Below, piece after piece: positions 18,990 through 27,418 of a DNA stretch of 64,000 nt (within the stretch, counting starts at the first letter, position 1; every line of letters starts with the position of its first letter). The translations under genes and the position numbers were made by a program. A model generated the notes under the pieces. It saw nothing but the letters and a program-made list of their open reading frames with translations. It was not told where the DNA came from and did no database searches. Origin of the DNA: an uncultured bacterium. Its GTDB lineage: Bacteria > Bacillota_I > Bacilli_A > RFN20 > CAG-826. The stretch lies in NCBI GenBank assembly GCA_949297805.1, contig CASFTG010000006.1:1623-65622 (forward strand), in the 5' to 3' direction.

Positions 18990-20567
18990 TTAAATGTCTT
19001 TGATAGGTTTTATTGTACCAGTAAATGGGGAATCGGACCGCGTGCGACTTATATAGGTATTGCGGAATAAATTCTGCTGCCCTGGGACATACAGCGGTGA
19101 CCAGTCTAAATATGTTCCTTCCTTCTCCATTACGAAGCGATATCCGAACTTTATCATGACTATCTCGTTATTTTTGTTGTTTTCAGTCGTTTCAAGCGCC
19201 GCAGTAATTCCGGTCAAGAAGTCCTTTATTTGCGAAAGCGAGGATTTGAAAGTCGTAAGCTCGCAGTACTCTTTAATTATTGAGTTGATGAAATGGGTTA
19301 TTACTGCTCCCGCCGTCAATGCCGCGCTAATAAATCCAGCGGCCTTAGAGACAAAACCGAGCGGTAAAACGCTGACGAACGTTGGCCCCACCGCGGCCCA
19401 AGATAGGCCCGCCTCTACACCATCAAGGATCAAGGAAGTATTTTCTAACTTGCTAGCGGGTTCAATGATGTTATTAAATTCGTCGCAATAAGTTTTTAAA
19501 AACGACTGCAGCAAGGCTTCATAATATCCCCATAAAATTTCTCTTAAGTAGTTGTCCCAGACGTATACGACGGCATAAGTTAAAGAGTTAGCCCCGTCAT
19601 AAATAGAAGAGATGCTGTCAAGCAAAGGATATTCGCTGATATTCGATAATTTTAAATAGTTTTCATCGGGATTCAGGGTGGTCGCAGGATTTATCCCGGC
19701 CGGAGAATAATCGCTAACCCAAATAGCTCCTAAATCGCCTTTATTCATCGCTTCTGGAATGGAATACGAAGATAGGTTCGCCTCTTCGACGATAGTTAAT
19801 GTGTACTTATCAGTATCGCTATAGGTTTTGTCGTTGAACGAATATACGACGATATAAAAGGTGCCAGGAAAACAATTAACACTTAGTGATTCCGTAACGC
19901 CCTGGCCTTTGTTGCTAGTCCCTAGAAGTCCGTAAGTTTCATTAAAATCCAATTCCTCGTAAGAGGTGTCTAAAGTATTGCTTAATTTATATAGCCGCAA
20001 ATCGAGATCCAGATTTTGCGGAACGCTTAAAGTAATTAGCAAATTGCCGGCGCATGTGACGTCATAAGCATAAAAATCCTTATCGACGTATTTTGAAAAC
20101 CATCCGGATTTTTTCTGATTTATCGTTCCGTGAACTTCCATCGAAACGAAACCTTGGCCAGGCAAATGACCGGCGGAAGCTCGTCGGAGAAGACTGGCAT
20201 TCGGAAAGTCGTCATTATTCTCATAGGAATCATTGCCTCCGTTGGAATAAGTCGCGATGCCGCTGCGCAAATTGAGATTGTTAACCTCAACGTATTCGGA
20301 TTGCCCATCAGCGAAAGTAACCTTTGCTTTGCCTTCACCATATTCGAATTCATCGTCGTTCTTGCCAACGAATTCCCCTTCCGTGTCGAGAAAATACTTA
20401 TAATTATCAACGCCGGTTTTTCCCTCACGGTCTTTTTTGCTTAGCGAAGCACGTCCAATGCCCGACCCATCTACTTCTTCGCCGTCCCCAGGGCAAGTTG
20501 CGACAGCGTTCATTCCTGTCATCGCTAGCGTCATTGCCATTAGGCTCAAAACGATATGCTTGATCAT
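18990..20567 (-). CDS. Secreted protein with pre-peptidase C-terminal (PPC) domain and hydrophobic C-terminal region
   Basis: 525 aa with an N-terminal signal peptide (possible lipobox AVATC). DKDFYAYDVTCAGNLLITLSVPQNLDLDLRLYKL...GTFYIVVYSF...DKYTLTI fits the PPC (PF04151) pattern. A later ~40-aa hydrophobic stretch reads AAVGPTFVSVLPLGFVSKAAGFISAALTAGAVITHFI. Confidence 0.6.
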   Translation of the reverse strand: MIKHIVLSLMAMTLAMTGMNAVATCPGDGEEVDGSGIGRASLSKKDREGKTGVDNYKYFLDTEGEFVGKNDDEFEYGEGKAKVTFADGQSEYVEVNNLNLRSGIATYSNGGNDSYENNDDFPNASLLRRASAGHLPGQGFVSMEVHGTINQKKSGWFSKYVDKDFYAYDVTCAGNLLITLSVPQNLDLDLRLYKLSNTLDTSYEELDFNETYGLLGTSNKGQGVTESLSVNCFPGTFYIVVYSFNDKTYSDTDKYTLTIVEEANLSSYSIPEAMNKGDLGAIWVSDYSPAGINPATTLNPDENYLKLSNISEYPLLDSISSIYDGANSLTYAVVYVWDNYLREILWGYYEALLQSFLKTYCDEFNNIIEPASKLENTSLILDGVEAGLSWAAVGPTFVSVLPLGFVSKAAGFISAALTAGAVITHFINSIIKEYCELTTFKSSLSQIKDFLTGITAALETTENNKNNEIVMIKFGYRFVMEKEGTYLDWSPLYVPGQQNLFRNTYISRTRSDSPFTGTIKPIKDI

Positions 20568-20571
20568 TTTT

Positions 20572-20596
20572 GCTCCTCCACTTATTAGTCGAGGAG
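20572..20596 (-). promoter_or_regulatory. Hairpin pairing the RBS of the PPC-domain gene with an upstream CCTCCTC
   Basis: On the minus strand: CCTCCTC-GACTAATAAGT-GGAGGAG-CAAAA-ATG. The Shine-Dalgarno forms the 3' arm of the stem. Confidence 0.3.
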
Positions 20597-20720
20597 GTTG
20601 CGTTTTTTTATTAAAAATGTTTTAAAAAAATAATTCAGGGCTTTGTCCTAACCGAATTAAGAAACTAAGCTATAAAAGGTTCCAGGTCCAGGGATTTTGA
20701 ATCACGCGTTCAGCGAAACC

Positions 20721-21257
20721 TTATTGCTTCAATGTGGAATCCGCTTCTATTGCCTTTTTAACTTGCTTAAGCGCGTTTTTTAGCCGATAAAAGACCTGAT
20801 TGACGGTTAGTTTTCGCTTCTGGGCGATTTCGTTCAAAGTCAGCTCAGATCCGTACTTATCGAAAAGAATCGAATATTCGTCTTCGCCGACAACGCCTTT
20901 CACCAATCCGAGAAATTGCCGAATGGAAATTTCTTCTGTAAATGAAGCATCATTGTCCGCATACGTATCAGTCAAATCGGAATCGCAGTCCTCGCGAACC
21001 AATTCGCGGAAGTAGTCGGCGGCTTTATGCTTAATAACCCCGGCGATAAACTGAGTTGGATTAGTCACGCTTTGGGGATCCTTTTCCAGCAAAGCCAAAT
21101 ATCCATCCATAGTCGCATCTTCGGCGTCGTCTATAGTTAAACCAGCATCGAGGCCGATTTTTAGAAACAGATTTTTGTGGCTTTGGAAATAATGGATCCA
21201 AACCAGCTCGCGTTCATAAGGGCGAAGCATCGCATCCAGGGATTCTTCTTTTGCCAT
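20721..21257 (-). CDS. Sigma-70-family (ECF-like) RNA polymerase sigma factor
   Basis: A region-2-like FIAGVIKHKAADYFRE and a region-4 HTH LTLNEIAQKRKLTVNQVFYRLKNALKQVKKAI. The ATG start at 21257 is preferred over the TTG at 21263 used by the track. Confidence 0.6.
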   Translation of the reverse strand: MAKEESLDAMLRPYERELVWIHYFQSHKNLFLKIGLDAGLTIDDAEDATMDGYLALLEKDPQSVTNPTQFIAGVIKHKAADYFRELVREDCDSDLTDTYADNDASFTEEISIRQFLGLVKGVVGEDEYSILFDKYGSELTLNEIAQKRKLTVNQVFYRLKNALKQVKKAIEADSTLKQ

Positions 21258-22034
21258 ATTCAAAATATAGGCCCTTAGGAATATTAATCAATAAGCACCT
21301 GTACAGCAGTCGCCCTCTCAGCGCTCAATTTGGGCAAGCGCAAAAGCAAGGGTCGCTGTCCACCAGGGCCACCGGAAAGATCTTCCGGGAGTCATCAAGC
21401 CAGCCGAAGACGAAGATGGCTACGACGATCGAGCCATCACTGACTTTGAAAAACAATGGGAGGCCGACGTTGGATTAATGTTAAAGGTGAATGTGATTCC
21501 TCTCGCGATCTGCCGGTGGGTGACACCGATTTGGACCACCCCCTTTGTTCGAAGGTGAACCGCCGATAGGGTTGTATTACCACGTCTACTGTCCCTTCGT
21601 TTCTTGGTAGGAAACGGGGACATTTTTGTTTTGAACCAACTGATAGTAACGGGCTTTGGTCGAATACCTAACGGCGATGGCTTTCGAAAAAGGCTGAAAA
21701 AAGCCACGCTTATAATCGGGGACTTTCCGAAAATAACAAAATCGTTCCATCGATTCGCTTTCATATAAAGATTAAAGATGGGAAATAACCAACCGGACGA
21801 TCCTTCCGCTCAAGATCATTCCATGCAACAGGTTAAAATCAATTTCCCATGGCCGTTCCTGAATGGCAATTATTCAACGGCAGCATGCACCGCCAGTATA
21901 TTTTGTGTAAAAGCACCTGTACCAAGCGTCTGTTTTTGCAGGCTTCAGCCGTCTAATCCTGAATAGATTGTTGAAATTCTACCGATTATTACTGGAAATT
22001 GTGGTTTATGAATGAATAAGGATATGGATTTATA

Positions 22035-22399
22035 ATGCCGGCAAAACTAGCGTCTGATATAGAAACCGCGGGTTTCCTTTTCGAAGCCTTATGCGAACAC
22101 GACCTTCGAATCTACGCCGAATCATTCGGTGGCAAGTTGTTACATTGCCAGGATTACAACCGAAACGAAATTGACGCGGTAATAGAAATGCCGAGTGGGG
22201 AATGGACGGCCATCGAAATCAAACTTGGGGCTAAGCGAATCGACAAAGCGGCGGCCAATCTTCTCCGAATCAACGATTTCTTCATCGAAAAAGGCTGCCC
22301 CCGCCTGCCAAATTAGTTGTGCTGTCTGGTCTAAGTTCCGCGGCTTACCGCCGAAAAGACGGGGTCTATGTCATCCCGCTTACGGCCTTAAGAAACTAG
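22035..22399 (+). pseudogene. C-terminal remnant of a DUF4143 ATPase gene, frameshifted
   Basis: ETAGFLFEALCEHDLRIYAESFGGKLLHCQDYNRNEIDAVIEMPSGEWTAIEIKLG is the DUF4143 core. After the stop at 22314-16 the sequence continues in another frame as KLVVLSGLSSAAYRRKDGVYVIPLTALRN (stop 22397-99), the usual tail of this family. No AAA N-terminal domain is present upstream. Confidence 0.65.
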
Positions 22400-22441
22400 G
22401 CGACGCAGGACGAAAAATATAGCAAACCGGGTCGGTTTGAG

Positions 22442-22447
22442 TATAAT
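22442..22447 (+). promoter_or_regulatory. Candidate -10 box for tRNA-Pro
   Basis: TATAAT lies 10 nt upstream of the mature tRNA 5' end. Confidence 0.35.
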
Positions 22448-22456
22448 ACGCGTTGC

Positions 22457-22533
22457 CGGGACGTAGCACAGCTTGGTAGTGCACTACCTTGGGGTGGTAG
22501 GGGTCACGGGTTCGAATCCCGTCGTTCCGACCA
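22457..22533 (+). tRNA. tRNA-Pro (anticodon GGG), CCA encoded
   Basis: Hand-folded cloverleaf: acceptor CGGGACG/CGTTCCG, D stem GCAC/GTGC, anticodon stem CTACC/GGTAG with loop TTGGGGT, T arm ACGGG-TTCGAAT-CCCGT, discriminator A, CCA. Confidence 0.85.
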
Positions 22534-22546
22534 GTTCGATAGATAA

Positions 22547-22573
22547 AGCGCTCGCAGAACGGGCGCTTTTTTC
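22547..22573 (+). terminator. Rho-independent terminator after tRNA-Pro (may also serve the convergent gene)
   Basis: AGCGCTCG-CAGAA-CGGGCGCT followed by TTTTTT. Confidence 0.7.
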
Positions 22574-22650
22574 TTGTTTTGCCCTACTAATCAAAACAGC
22601 CAAAAGGCTCGAACCTTCGAACCCAGGAAATAGTGAAAAGGCCGCAAAAC

Positions 22651-23967
22651 CTATATGAACATGACCATATAGATCGGAGCGGTCAATATATTGTCCGCAA
22701 AATCCAGCCGATTGGCGTTTTGCAGCACCATTCCCTGACCTAACCGATAATTGCCATTTGGATCAACAAGCTTCGGCAACGCCCGGTACTCATACCCCAT
22801 TCGACCGGATTTAACCTCGATTGGCAAAATCGAAAGCGAGTCATAATCATTGACCAGATAATCGACTTCCCCCACCTTCTTCGAATCGAAGTAAAACAAT
22901 TGGTGACCATGGGCAATGAGTTCCTGGGCCACCACCGTCTCATAGACCGAGCCAAGGTTTATCGCCGGGACGTCGTTAAGAAAAGGCTTAACGTTGTAGT
23001 TGAACAGCAGATAAGTCAGGATTCCGACGTCATTGTAATAAAGCTTCATTAAATCCTTCGCGCTCGATTCGCCAAGAGGAAACCGCGGATCGGAAACGGC
23101 TTTGACTGATAAGGCACACCCGGAATCGACCAAATAATCGATCTCATCCTCGTATTTGATCAGGCTGGCCCGCACATCGCCTTCGATTTGCTTCGCCCTA
23201 ATCCGTTTAACTTTATTCTGAGTATAGGAAAGCAAAGAGTCGTATATCCGGCGTGTCTTTAAGGAATGAGTTTGATCATAGCGAGACATATCACCCTTAT
23301 ACGATTCATAAATGGATGATTGGATTTCCCGCGTTTTGTAAACATCGCCTTCTTCCAAAAAGGCCTTGACCGCCTCCGGCAGACCACCGCAAAGTAGGTA
23401 TTCCTTGAAAGCCTTAAAAAAGAATTCGTGGGCCGATTGGTTAATTGGTTTCTTTTCGACAAAACTCTGCCGTAAGGAATCGATGCTTTCTTGCCCCGCC
23501 CCACGGGCCCAGAGGAACTCCTCAAAATCCATCGGCCGCATCGAAAGGGACCGGACACTACCCGTTGGAATGAAAGAAGACCGCATCGCGACCCCAAGTT
23601 GCGAACCGGAGCAAATATAATGGAAACGCCGATCAGCCTTCAATGGCTTGAGCATGGAAATAAGGTGAGGATAGACCTGGATTTCGTCGAGAAAGATTAT
23701 TGTGTCTTCGTAAGAACCTAAACTCGCCCCATACAAGGCTGAAACTCGAAGATAAAAATCTCGCATGCCATTAACCACTGCAAAATTTTTGCCGCCATCA
23801 AAATCGTCCTGCAAGTTAATTTCGACATAATGGGGATATATCGACTTGGCAACATTCCGGCAAATGAAGGACTTTCCAATTTGCCGCGCTCCATTGACTA
23901 AGAGAATGGGCGCATCAGGATCTTTTAATTTTTTTTCGATTAGTTCTGATATTTTTCTTCGATACAT
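22651..23967 (-). CDS. AAA-family ATPase with C-terminal DUF4143 domain (paralog of 6503-7864)
   Basis: 438 aa. Contains LLVNGARQIGKSF and FYFDSKKVGEVDYLV...LPIEVKSG, collinear with the other copy. Confidence 0.75.
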   Translation of the reverse strand: MYRRKISELIEKKLKDPDAPILLVNGARQIGKSFICRNVAKSIYPHYVEINLQDDFDGGKNFAVVNGMRDFYLRVSALYGASLGSYEDTIIFLDEIQVYPHLISMLKPLKADRRFHYICSGSQLGVAMRSSFIPTGSVRSLSMRPMDFEEFLWARGAGQESIDSLRQSFVEKKPINQSAHEFFFKAFKEYLLCGGLPEAVKAFLEEGDVYKTREIQSSIYESYKGDMSRYDQTHSLKTRRIYDSLLSYTQNKVKRIRAKQIEGDVRASLIKYEDEIDYLVDSGCALSVKAVSDPRFPLGESSAKDLMKLYYNDVGILTYLLFNYNVKPFLNDVPAINLGSVYETVVAQELIAHGHQLFYFDSKKVGEVDYLVNDYDSLSILPIEVKSGRMGYEYRALPKLVDPNGNYRLGQGMVLQNANRLDFADNILTAPIYMVMFI

Positions 23968-24002
23968 GGTATTTGCCCATAGGAATTATATAGGGTATTT
24001 TT

Positions 24003-24080
24003 GTAGTTTTCCAATGTTTTAGGAGACAAAAAAGCGTAGTTTTCCAATGTTTTAGGAGACAAAAAAGCGTAGTTTTCCAA
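24003..24080. repeat. 33-bp tandem repeat (2.4 copies) in the leader of the AAA/DUF4143 gene
   Basis: GTAGTTTTCCAATGTTTTAGGAGACAAAAAAGC occurs at 24003-35 and 24036-68, with a partial third copy. On the minus strand the last copy supplies TTGGAA 18 nt upstream of TATAAT. Confidence 0.85.
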
Positions 24081-24097
24081 AATTGTGTCTATAAAGC

Positions 24098-24331
24098 CTA
24101 ATTCGCTATCAGGATCTCGTCGGCCAAGTCGAGGCACCGCTCGACCAAGCCAGGCTCAATCGTAAAAAACGATTCGAATCGGCGAAACCGTCACGAATAT
24201 AAACGCTGTTGAAAAATAGGATAGGGAATAATCCGATGAAACGGGATCGTGGCCAAAGGTAATATCACTCACCCTGTTTCCAAAGTAATTGGGCGGCAGT
24301 CTCCCGGATTCAACTCAAAGTCATTATCCAT
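24098..24331 (-). pseudogene. Decayed C-terminal remnant of a paralog of the 177-aa lipoprotein gene
   Basis: Minus-strand pieces MDNDFELNPGDCRPITLETG*, ...ITFGHDPVSSDYS... and RFESFFTIEPGLVERCLDLADEILIAN* align in order with PDDFPTSECGIYQITLGHAFGSDPPFMELF...RYFSIEPELVAQCFDLADRIVSESN of ORF 25762-26295. They are interrupted by stops and frameshifts. Confidence 0.6.
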
Positions 24332-24369
24332 CGGAAAGAATAACCCAAAACAGATCTTGAAAAAGAAAC

Positions 24370-25701
24370 TCAATATCTGTGGACTTCCTTGTCAAACGCT
24401 TTCTTCCCATCTACAAAGGAAAGATTAGGATGCCTTTTTAGATACCGATCGAGTGCTGGATCTCGAACGTAACGAGCAAACTTTTCAGACACGAATTCCC
24501 GAAGACGGATATAAAAGCTAGGGTTGTCTCTTTTTGCTCTCAAAGCAATATAGGCCGAAAATTTGATGATCTCCCCGGTCAAATAGCACTCTGCGGGGTT
24601 TGGCCCTCCGACAGCGGCCTTTTCAATGGCACAAGGCCCTCCACAATAAGTTTTGTAAAGACAATCCGGACACTCGCGAGCTTGCTCATCCAGTCTCACG
24701 CCGGCATCGGCAAGAACGCCGGGCTCTATAATGGTTCCGAGCAACCCAATAGAGGGGGAGCAAGGATAGACAAAGCCATCTAAATCAAAGGCGAAACGAG
24801 TGATGCCGCCGTCACAACGGTTAATTGTCTTCTTGTTGCCGAAAAACCGGCACAAAAATCTGCCAAACCAATCGTCTCCATTCATTAAACGCAAAAATCT
24901 AGAATCATCTCCAGCCAAAGCATCATGAAGCAAGGCGCGAGATAATCGTTCGTATTCAATCGCCCATGCGTGGGCGTGTTCCAAATCAAGACGAAAACCA
25001 TCGCCGCGGACATAACGGTAGCTTAGGGTTTTAAAGATTTTCCCGAGTTCATCAATACTTTCCAGTAAAGGAAACGAATCGTTTCCGATAGTCGCCGCGC
25101 AACCAATGTAATCCCTGCTAGCAATGGACATCACATTATCCAATATAGTTTTATAAGTGCCTTTGCCGCGATATCGATCATTTATTACTTCGTTCCCGTC
25201 AAGCGATACTCCGAACAATATTTCATGATCTTGAAGCAACTTAGCAATCTTAGGGGTCAGCAACGTGCCATTGCAAACAAATTGAGGCAAAACCTCGGTC
25301 ATTATGCGATTGCTGATTTCATGACAGTAATCAGCTAGCGGGAGAATGACATCCAGATTTAACAAAGGCTCACCGATTCCTGACAAATCAACGAAATATT
25401 TCTGACCGTCCGGAAAAAGAGAAAAGAGGTTATCCAAAATATCCTTAGCCTGCTCAAGGCTCATCCTCCGTCCAGACTTGTTCTTGTTAAAACAGTACGA
25501 ACAACGGAGATTGCATCGGTCAGAAACCGCCAAGCAAAAAGTATAAGCGGTCCTGGGGACAAACTGCGCAATCTGGGTTAAATCAACAGCAGGAGGAGCG
25601 GACGGAAAAAGGCTTGGGTTAAGCGAAAATGCGCGCGAATCTTCATCAATATACAAGTTATCCTGCAGTACCGTAAAACTTTGTACCATTGCGTATTTCA
25701 C
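24370..25701 (-). CDS. Radical SAM enzyme with C-terminal SPASM domain (peptide/protein maturase, anSME-like)
   Basis: 443 aa. Contains CNLRCSYC (CX3CX2C), then RCDGG...GFVYPC and CPDCLYKTYCGGPC (CX2CX5CX3C), the SPASM signature. About 65 aa precede the radical-SAM cluster. Confidence 0.85.
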   Translation of the reverse strand: MKYAMVQSFTVLQDNLYIDEDSRAFSLNPSLFPSAPPAVDLTQIAQFVPRTAYTFCLAVSDRCNLRCSYCFNKNKSGRRMSLEQAKDILDNLFSLFPDGQKYFVDLSGIGEPLLNLDVILPLADYCHEISNRIMTEVLPQFVCNGTLLTPKIAKLLQDHEILFGVSLDGNEVINDRYRGKGTYKTILDNVMSIASRDYIGCAATIGNDSFPLLESIDELGKIFKTLSYRYVRGDGFRLDLEHAHAWAIEYERLSRALLHDALAGDDSRFLRLMNGDDWFGRFLCRFFGNKKTINRCDGGITRFAFDLDGFVYPCSPSIGLLGTIIEPGVLADAGVRLDEQARECPDCLYKTYCGGPCAIEKAAVGGPNPAECYLTGEIIKFSAYIALRAKRDNPSFYIRLREFVSEKFARYVRDPALDRYLKRHPNLSFVDGKKAFDKEVHRY

Positions 25702-25761
25702 TCGCTATAATGCCAGATAGAGAGAATCCATAAAAAGAAAAGAAACCCTAGGCCCCAAAAA

Positions 25762-26295
25762 TTAAATTGATTGATTAGATTCAGAGACAATTCTATCGGC
25801 TAAGTCGAAGCACTGAGCAACTAGTTCAGGCTCAATAGAAAAATATCGTTGTGAAACGTAAAGCTCATCAGATAAAACGCGAATCCACCTTGGCAAAAAC
25901 AATTCCATAAACGGCGGATCTGACCCGAATGCGTGACCAAGCGTGATTTGGTAAATTCCGCATTCAGAGGTAGGAAAATCATCAGGAAATTGTTCGGGCG
26001 CATCAGGATAGCACTTATCGCAAACATTAACTGGGGTGGCCTTTTCGAGTATGTCGATAAAAGGAAGCGAGTCATCTCCGAAAACAATTGGTTTCGAATC
26101 AAAGGTTAATGAATAGCCTTTCCGAAGAGAAACGCTGCTTAAAACGCTGAAATAAGAAGAGTTCTCGCAGGCGGCTTTACGCGTGTGATAAGCCAAGAGG
26201 CTGCACGAGGATAAGTCGACCGCAGCGAGAACAAAAATCCCGAAAACACAACGAAACAGCCCGTTTGCAAATCTTTTAGCAAAGCCCGAAAACAT
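25762..26295 (-). CDS. Cys-containing hypothetical lipoprotein
   Basis: 177 aa with a signal peptide and lipobox (DLSSC) and five further Cys in the mature part. It overlaps the upstream gene by 20 nt and ends 60 nt before the radical SAM gene. Confidence 0.55.
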   Translation of the reverse strand: MFSGFAKRFANGLFRCVFGIFVLAAVDLSSCSLLAYHTRKAACENSSYFSVLSSVSLRKGYSLTFDSKPIVFGDDSLPFIDILEKATPVNVCDKCYPDAPEQFPDDFPTSECGIYQITLGHAFGSDPPFMELFLPRWIRVLSDELYVSQRYFSIEPELVAQCFDLADRIVSESNQSI

Positions 26296-27376
26296 AATCG
26301 CTGAAAAGCTCCGTCACCTTGGCTCGAACGTTTACTGGTTTCTTGTCCTCGCTCGAAGGATAAGTTTTATTTCCGTTCAACAAGTAATACTTGGCCACAT
26401 CGGTTCCGTTTGAATAAGAAGACGATTCCTTCCAAACGCCATTGTTATAAGTCAAGCCAAGCATGTCCCCTACTTCGCAGAGGAACTTTTGCTTATTCGA
26501 CCCACTCCAAGAGGAATTTGATTTTGAAAGTACCGCATCAACAAAATGGTTTTTTCGGAAAGTATCATTGAGATTATGGTAATAGTTTTCCACCGCTGTC
26601 GAAACATGCTTATCGGATGGCAAAAAATCTCTGGCAATAATCATTCCGTCGATATCGGCCAAAACATCTTCCTGGGAACATTGCCCAAAAACTGACATAA
26701 ACTTGCCAAAGTTGTTCATGCCAAGAACAGTTGAATATTGATCTATGCGAATCGAATTCACCGCCGTTTGCAAATCCCCGGCCCAAGAAGCTAAATCCAT
26801 GACATATTCATCACCCAAGGGTACGGAAGGGGACACAAAACCAATATCCAAGGTATTTTCATAAGCAGCATCCATAACGGCGAACATATGGATCAAATCT
26901 ATGCCGCGGTAGGACTTAACAGGATCTTTAAAACACAAACTTTGCCAAGAAGAACCTCTAGGATGACTAAAATTATCGCCACGATGGGCTGAGCCACCCC
27001 ATTTGCCGCCATCGACAAACTGCGAAAAATAATAACCTGATTGGTTAAAGGCGTCGACGGTCGATGAGACCAAGAAAATGTTAGGATCATATCCGGCTAC
27101 ATACGCCCAAAGGGCGGCCTTATCAAGTCCGTTGCCGGTGTAGCCGATATAATCCTCATTGAAGCTTCGCAAATACATCATAGTGATATTCGGTTCAGCC
27201 GAAGACATAAATTGAGCGACTTCAATGCAATAAGCCTTAGCAAAAGGCTCAACAAATTCGATATGGCTAACCAACTCGGAAACAGTCGTCGACGAGAAAG
27301 AAGTCGACGAAGTAGTTGCCGTTATATTAGTTAATGCTGACAAGGCAACAGGAACAACAGATATAAACGATCCCAT
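26276..27376 (-). CDS. Hypothetical secreted protein
   Basis: 366 aa with a hydrophobic N-terminus followed by an S/T-rich linker. It is the first gene of the cassette. No family is recognised. Confidence 0.5.
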   Translation of the reverse strand: MGSFISVVPVALSALTNITATTSSTSFSSTTVSELVSHIEFVEPFAKAYCIEVAQFMSSAEPNITMMYLRSFNEDYIGYTGNGLDKAALWAYVAGYDPNIFLVSSTVDAFNQSGYYFSQFVDGGKWGGSAHRGDNFSHPRGSSWQSLCFKDPVKSYRGIDLIHMFAVMDAAYENTLDIGFVSPSVPLGDEYVMDLASWAGDLQTAVNSIRIDQYSTVLGMNNFGKFMSVFGQCSQEDVLADIDGMIIARDFLPSDKHVSTAVENYYHNLNDTFRKNHFVDAVLSKSNSSWSGSNKQKFLCEVGDMLGLTYNNGVWKESSSYSNGTDVAKYYLLNGNKTYPSSEDKKPVNVRAKVTELFSDYVFGLC

Positions 27377-27418
27377 ATGGCGCCTCCAAAATTAATATAG
27401 ACCTTTTCCCGAATGAGT

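Noticed and set aside
21420-21764. A 114-aa minus-strand ORF considered as a real gene or transposase fragment.
   Set aside because: It has no RBS, its composition is basic and low-complexity, and it matches no recognisable family. It is reported only as part of a probably degenerate region.
24003-24080. The 33-bp repeats considered as a possible CRISPR array.
   Set aside because: The copies are directly adjacent with no spacers, there are only 2.4 units, and no cas genes are nearby. This is a simple tandem repeat.
23940-24137. A 65-aa minus-strand ORF with the internal repeat ENYAFLSPKTL.
   Set aside because: It is an artefact of translating the 33-bp tandem repeat in the promoter region of the AAA/DUF4143 gene. 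It also overlaps that gene's start.
24370-25701. The radical SAM/SPASM gene considered as an ordinary anaerobic sulfatase-maturating enzyme.
   Set aside because: This reading is not adopted as the primary call. No sulfatase gene and no C/S-x-P-x-R motif were found in the neighbouring proteins, and the enzyme has an atypical N-terminal extension. It remains the main alternative hypothesis.
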